Assembly: GCA_048013815.1 (NCBI GenBank)
Contig: CM106586.1
Span: 20,522,001-20,586,000 of the forward strand
DNA: 64,000 nt
Direction of reading: 5' to 3'
From: Setoptus koraiensis
Lineage: Eukaryota; Animalia; Arthropoda
The notes beneath the pieces were generated by a model. The model did no database searches. It was not told the DNA's origin and was given only the letters and a program-made list of their open reading frames with translations. A program made the translations under genes and the position numbers. Positions 60,935 through 64,000 of the stretch are shown piece after piece. Positions within the stretch are counted from its first letter, which is position 1, and every line of letters begins with the position of its first letter.

Positions 60935-63427
60935 TACGCAGCGCGTGCCGTTATTGCCGGCTGGCAGCTCTGCTTTTCGTGATCGGTATTGCGTAATGAT
61001 CGCAGCCGTGAATATGAGCACGCTGATATTCACGCCGGTGATTGCACGTGGACATGGGCGTGCTGCAATGGGCGATCGGTGCGCGACGGGACGGATTTGT
61101 CTATCGGGCGAACAGTATTTAACATAATATGATGGGCGATATTCATGGCAGGATGTAAGCGCCAAATTAAGCGCGGTACAAGCGCCGGGGCCGAGACGGC
61201 GGGAGCGGCATATCGCGGCGGCGGCGGCAGCGGCGGACACAATTCAATCACACACATGGCTACACATTGCTAATGATGCGTCGACATTTTTCACTGTGTT
61301 CACCGTGTGACCCGGCCGTTGACTCGGCTGGGGCTCGCTCTCGAAATTGAGGCCATTGCTCCTGCACTTGGGGCGCCCGCGAGGCCCCTGGCCGGCGGCT
61401 CACAACGTAGCGACGGCTTCACCTCGCAATGTGAGACTGGCATGTGTTTTACATTGTGTGTTAACAATTTTTCAAACTCGGCGGCTCGAAGCCTATTTGG
61501 CATGTCACTTGGAAGTTTTAAGTCGGCTTGCTACTGGCGCTTTCCATGGCTGGCTGGCTGGCTGGCTATGATTAATGTAGCCGGCATGACTGGCCCACTC
61601 GCCCCTGGGCCCCTATCTCTGCGGCTGACTGACTGGCAATCATTTACAACAGTGGCTGGCCCGGCGAGCAAAGAAATGAAACGGGCCCAAGTGAAACAGT
61701 TGAGACAGTCTACAAACTGGAGCTACTTAGTTTAAAACTACTTAAAGCCGGATCGAGTCGAAAAAGATGACTCGCTCGCTCGCTGCCAGCCAAATCAAGT
61801 GAATCACATGAATAGACAACTAGGCGCAACTTATGCCGGCTATCATCTTTGGCTGGCTGGCTGGCCCCCAAAAAAGCAAGTCCAAACAAGTGGCTTAGGC
61901 CTGTCGCCCGATCGGGTCGCCCGATCGAGTTGCCGGCTGCGAGTCGCGCCAAAATCAGCCAGTTTTGGTGCCAGCGACCAGTTTGGGCGCACTAAAACTG
62001 CACTAGTTGCAAATCAAATGATGAAAAAACTCCCAGCTCGCCCATGGATTCATTGATTGATTGGTTAATCTGCTTTGTCTTGCGCTGGCTCTATCTATGC
62101 GCCTATCTATCTATCGCGAGCTCGTTGCCGGTGGCGCCGAGCGATAGTTGCGCTGCCGGGCCTCGCTGGCGACGCTCCGAGCTAGCGACGCTTCGAGCTG
62201 GCTGCAGCCGCTTATGGATGGATCCACGATAAGCAGTTTGCAGTCTGAGCCCTTTTTGCAAAGTGTTCTAAAGTTGCGCTCTTGGCACACTCTCTGGCTG
62301 GCAAGTTGCGAGCGGCGGCAACCCAATTTTACCGTTGGCCGCCGCCGCCGCCGCGCGGCCGGCCCGCAATCGATGGGAGAGGCAGCGCGAGGCCCAGAAC
62401 CGACGCGAACCAGCGAGAATCGCGAGAGTGGCGCCGCACACAAGAGCCGAGCGCCCGAGGAGCGCGGATCCGGCATCCATTATCCGGCGACCACCAGAGA
62501 CGGGCGCGTCTCGACGGCGGCAACACTTGTCGCTGGCGACTCGCGCGCCCTCCCCCTCGAGCCGCCCGCCAGAGCCCGCCAGAGCCCGCTAGAGCCCGCC
62601 TGAGCCCGCTCGTGCGCTCGTCATTTCGGGGCCCGCTCGCGGGCCCGAGAGGCACGCTCAGACACAAATGAACAGCAACCAACAGACAGCGCGGCTGTCC
62701 GGCGGCCGCGTGAACTTGTGCGCTGCAAGAAAGATTTTGCGCCCTCAGGCCTAATCTCTCATAATCTTAACACTGGTGGCCTTATTCGCGCCCGCTCCCC
62801 CCGTCGCTGGCTGGCTGGTGCTCTTATCGATTTCTCGGCATCTCCATCTCTCAATATCTGGCAGTGGCTTGCGCCAGCGCCCGCCGGCCCGATGGCGCGG
62901 TCTCACTGGTGCCGGGTACATGCTCGGTTGCGTCACAAAAGTGGCACACATTTGTGCAGAGACATACGCTCGCATCCAGTTTGCATTCGAGCCGTGAGCG
63001 GCCAGATACCAGCATTTTGCAATCAGCGGCCTCGAGCGAGAACCGGCCCGCTGTTGTCTAGCCAGAGATAGTGGCGCCATTGGCGCTGGTACCGCCGATG
63101 CCGCCGCTGCCGCCGCTGTCACTGGTACCGCCGATACCGCTGATACCGCGGCAGTGCCATAGCAGTGCACCTAGCGGCAGAACGGCCGCGGCCATTGGAG
63201 CCAGCAGCACGGGCACGGGCCCCACGGCTCGGGCCCCATAGAGTGGCATAGACAAGTGCGGCCGCTAGAGGACACTGCAGTAACTGGCATAGTTAAATAC
63301 TGGCACACGTGAGAGGGGCCAGGCCTGTCTCAAACTGATAACTTGTAACTTGCGCATTTGTGCATTATGTGCCGGCGAGCCGCCATAAGCCAGCGGCTTG
63401 GCCGGCCCGTCGGCCCGAAGAACGAGG

Positions 63428-63500
63428 CCAATGGGATCAGCGCGACTCTGTCTTATATCTATATAAAGTGTTTGTGTCTTAAATATCTATTTGTATCAGT
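63428..63500 (+). promoter_or_regulatory. Candidate Pol II core promoter (CCAAT, TATATAAAG, TCAGT initiator)
   Basis: CCAAT 63428, TATATAAAG 63460-63468, TCAGT 63496-63500. The TATA-Inr spacing (~36-38 nt) is longer than canonical, and there is no downstream ORF in the window. Confidence 0.25.
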
Positions 63501-64000
63501 GTGCGCGAGGGTGTGTTGATTTTGTATTATACTGTCTCTGTTTATATCTAATTCTCTCCATCTTGTGGCGCGTTGTTCGCTCACTGCTGGCGCTGGCCGT
63601 CATTGGTTCACTTGACTTCATTTGAACCAATCATTCCGGCGCCAGCAACGACAGCGCCAACAATGGCAGCGACAACAACGGCAGCACCAGCAACAACAGC
63701 AACAACAACAACAACAACGCCAACAACAGCAACAGCCAACTTAGCGGCACAATTCAATTTATTGCGTCATCTCTTTGTTTTTCTGGGGCCTCCGTCGCGT
63801 TCGCTCTTGGCCGTCGCGTTCGCTCTTGGCCCTCGGCCCTCGCCATCATTTCGCTCTGACTCGCTGCTGGCCACACGGCTAGCGATACTTGCCAATGGCG
63901 CCGTTTGTATAAATGGTAATAGAGTTTCTTTCTCACGGACGCCATCTTGCTCGCTATCATTCATGGCACAATATCAGCCGTGGCACACCATTGCTCGCGG

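Noticed and set aside
1-64000. Transposase, reverse transcriptase, rRNA, tRNA or snRNA genes
   Set aside because: I recognised no such motifs by eye; tRNAscan-SE, Infernal and RepeatMasker/blastx would be needed to exclude degenerate copies.

Overview
Eukaryotic (animal, most likely arthropod) genomic DNA, not prokaryotic. Intronless housekeeping CDSs, short GT-AG introns, tight gene packing and poly-Q/N/T/H proteins suggest a compact mite genome, possibly eriophyoid-like (inference only). Layout: (1) a >=1761-codon minus-strand ORF at 5283..<1 that the ORF track missed because it runs off the window; it has a signal/anchor-like segment followed by Q/N/T/S-rich sequence. (2) A 3-exon plus-strand gene (11420-12252) for a 180-aa secreted protein ending ...RVIKGWGAGKGFIG, a possible peptide precursor. 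(3) A possible convergent spliced 3' end at ~12.8-13.6 kb. (4) A ~33-kb GC-rich stretch (14.3-47.7 kb) with no coding sequence I recognise, full of short tandem duplications and perfect hairpins. (5) An intronless SoxC gene with an internal 93-bp duplication. (6) An AT-rich cluster of strictly alternating genes: N-terminally short NOP9, GTSF1/Asterix-like, MRPL30, CLUAP1/IFT38, PSMB3. (7) A 500-N scaffold gap. (8) A GC-rich right end with a possible minus-strand gene start and a 9-nt microexon candidate. I see no rRNA, tRNA, CRISPR array or transposase/RT ORF. The best leads are a diverged leader element shared by NOP9 and PSMB3, a GTSF1-like protein with an altered first zinc finger, the candidate peptide precursor, and the distant-branch-point microexon. 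All family calls come from recalled motifs; no database search was run.
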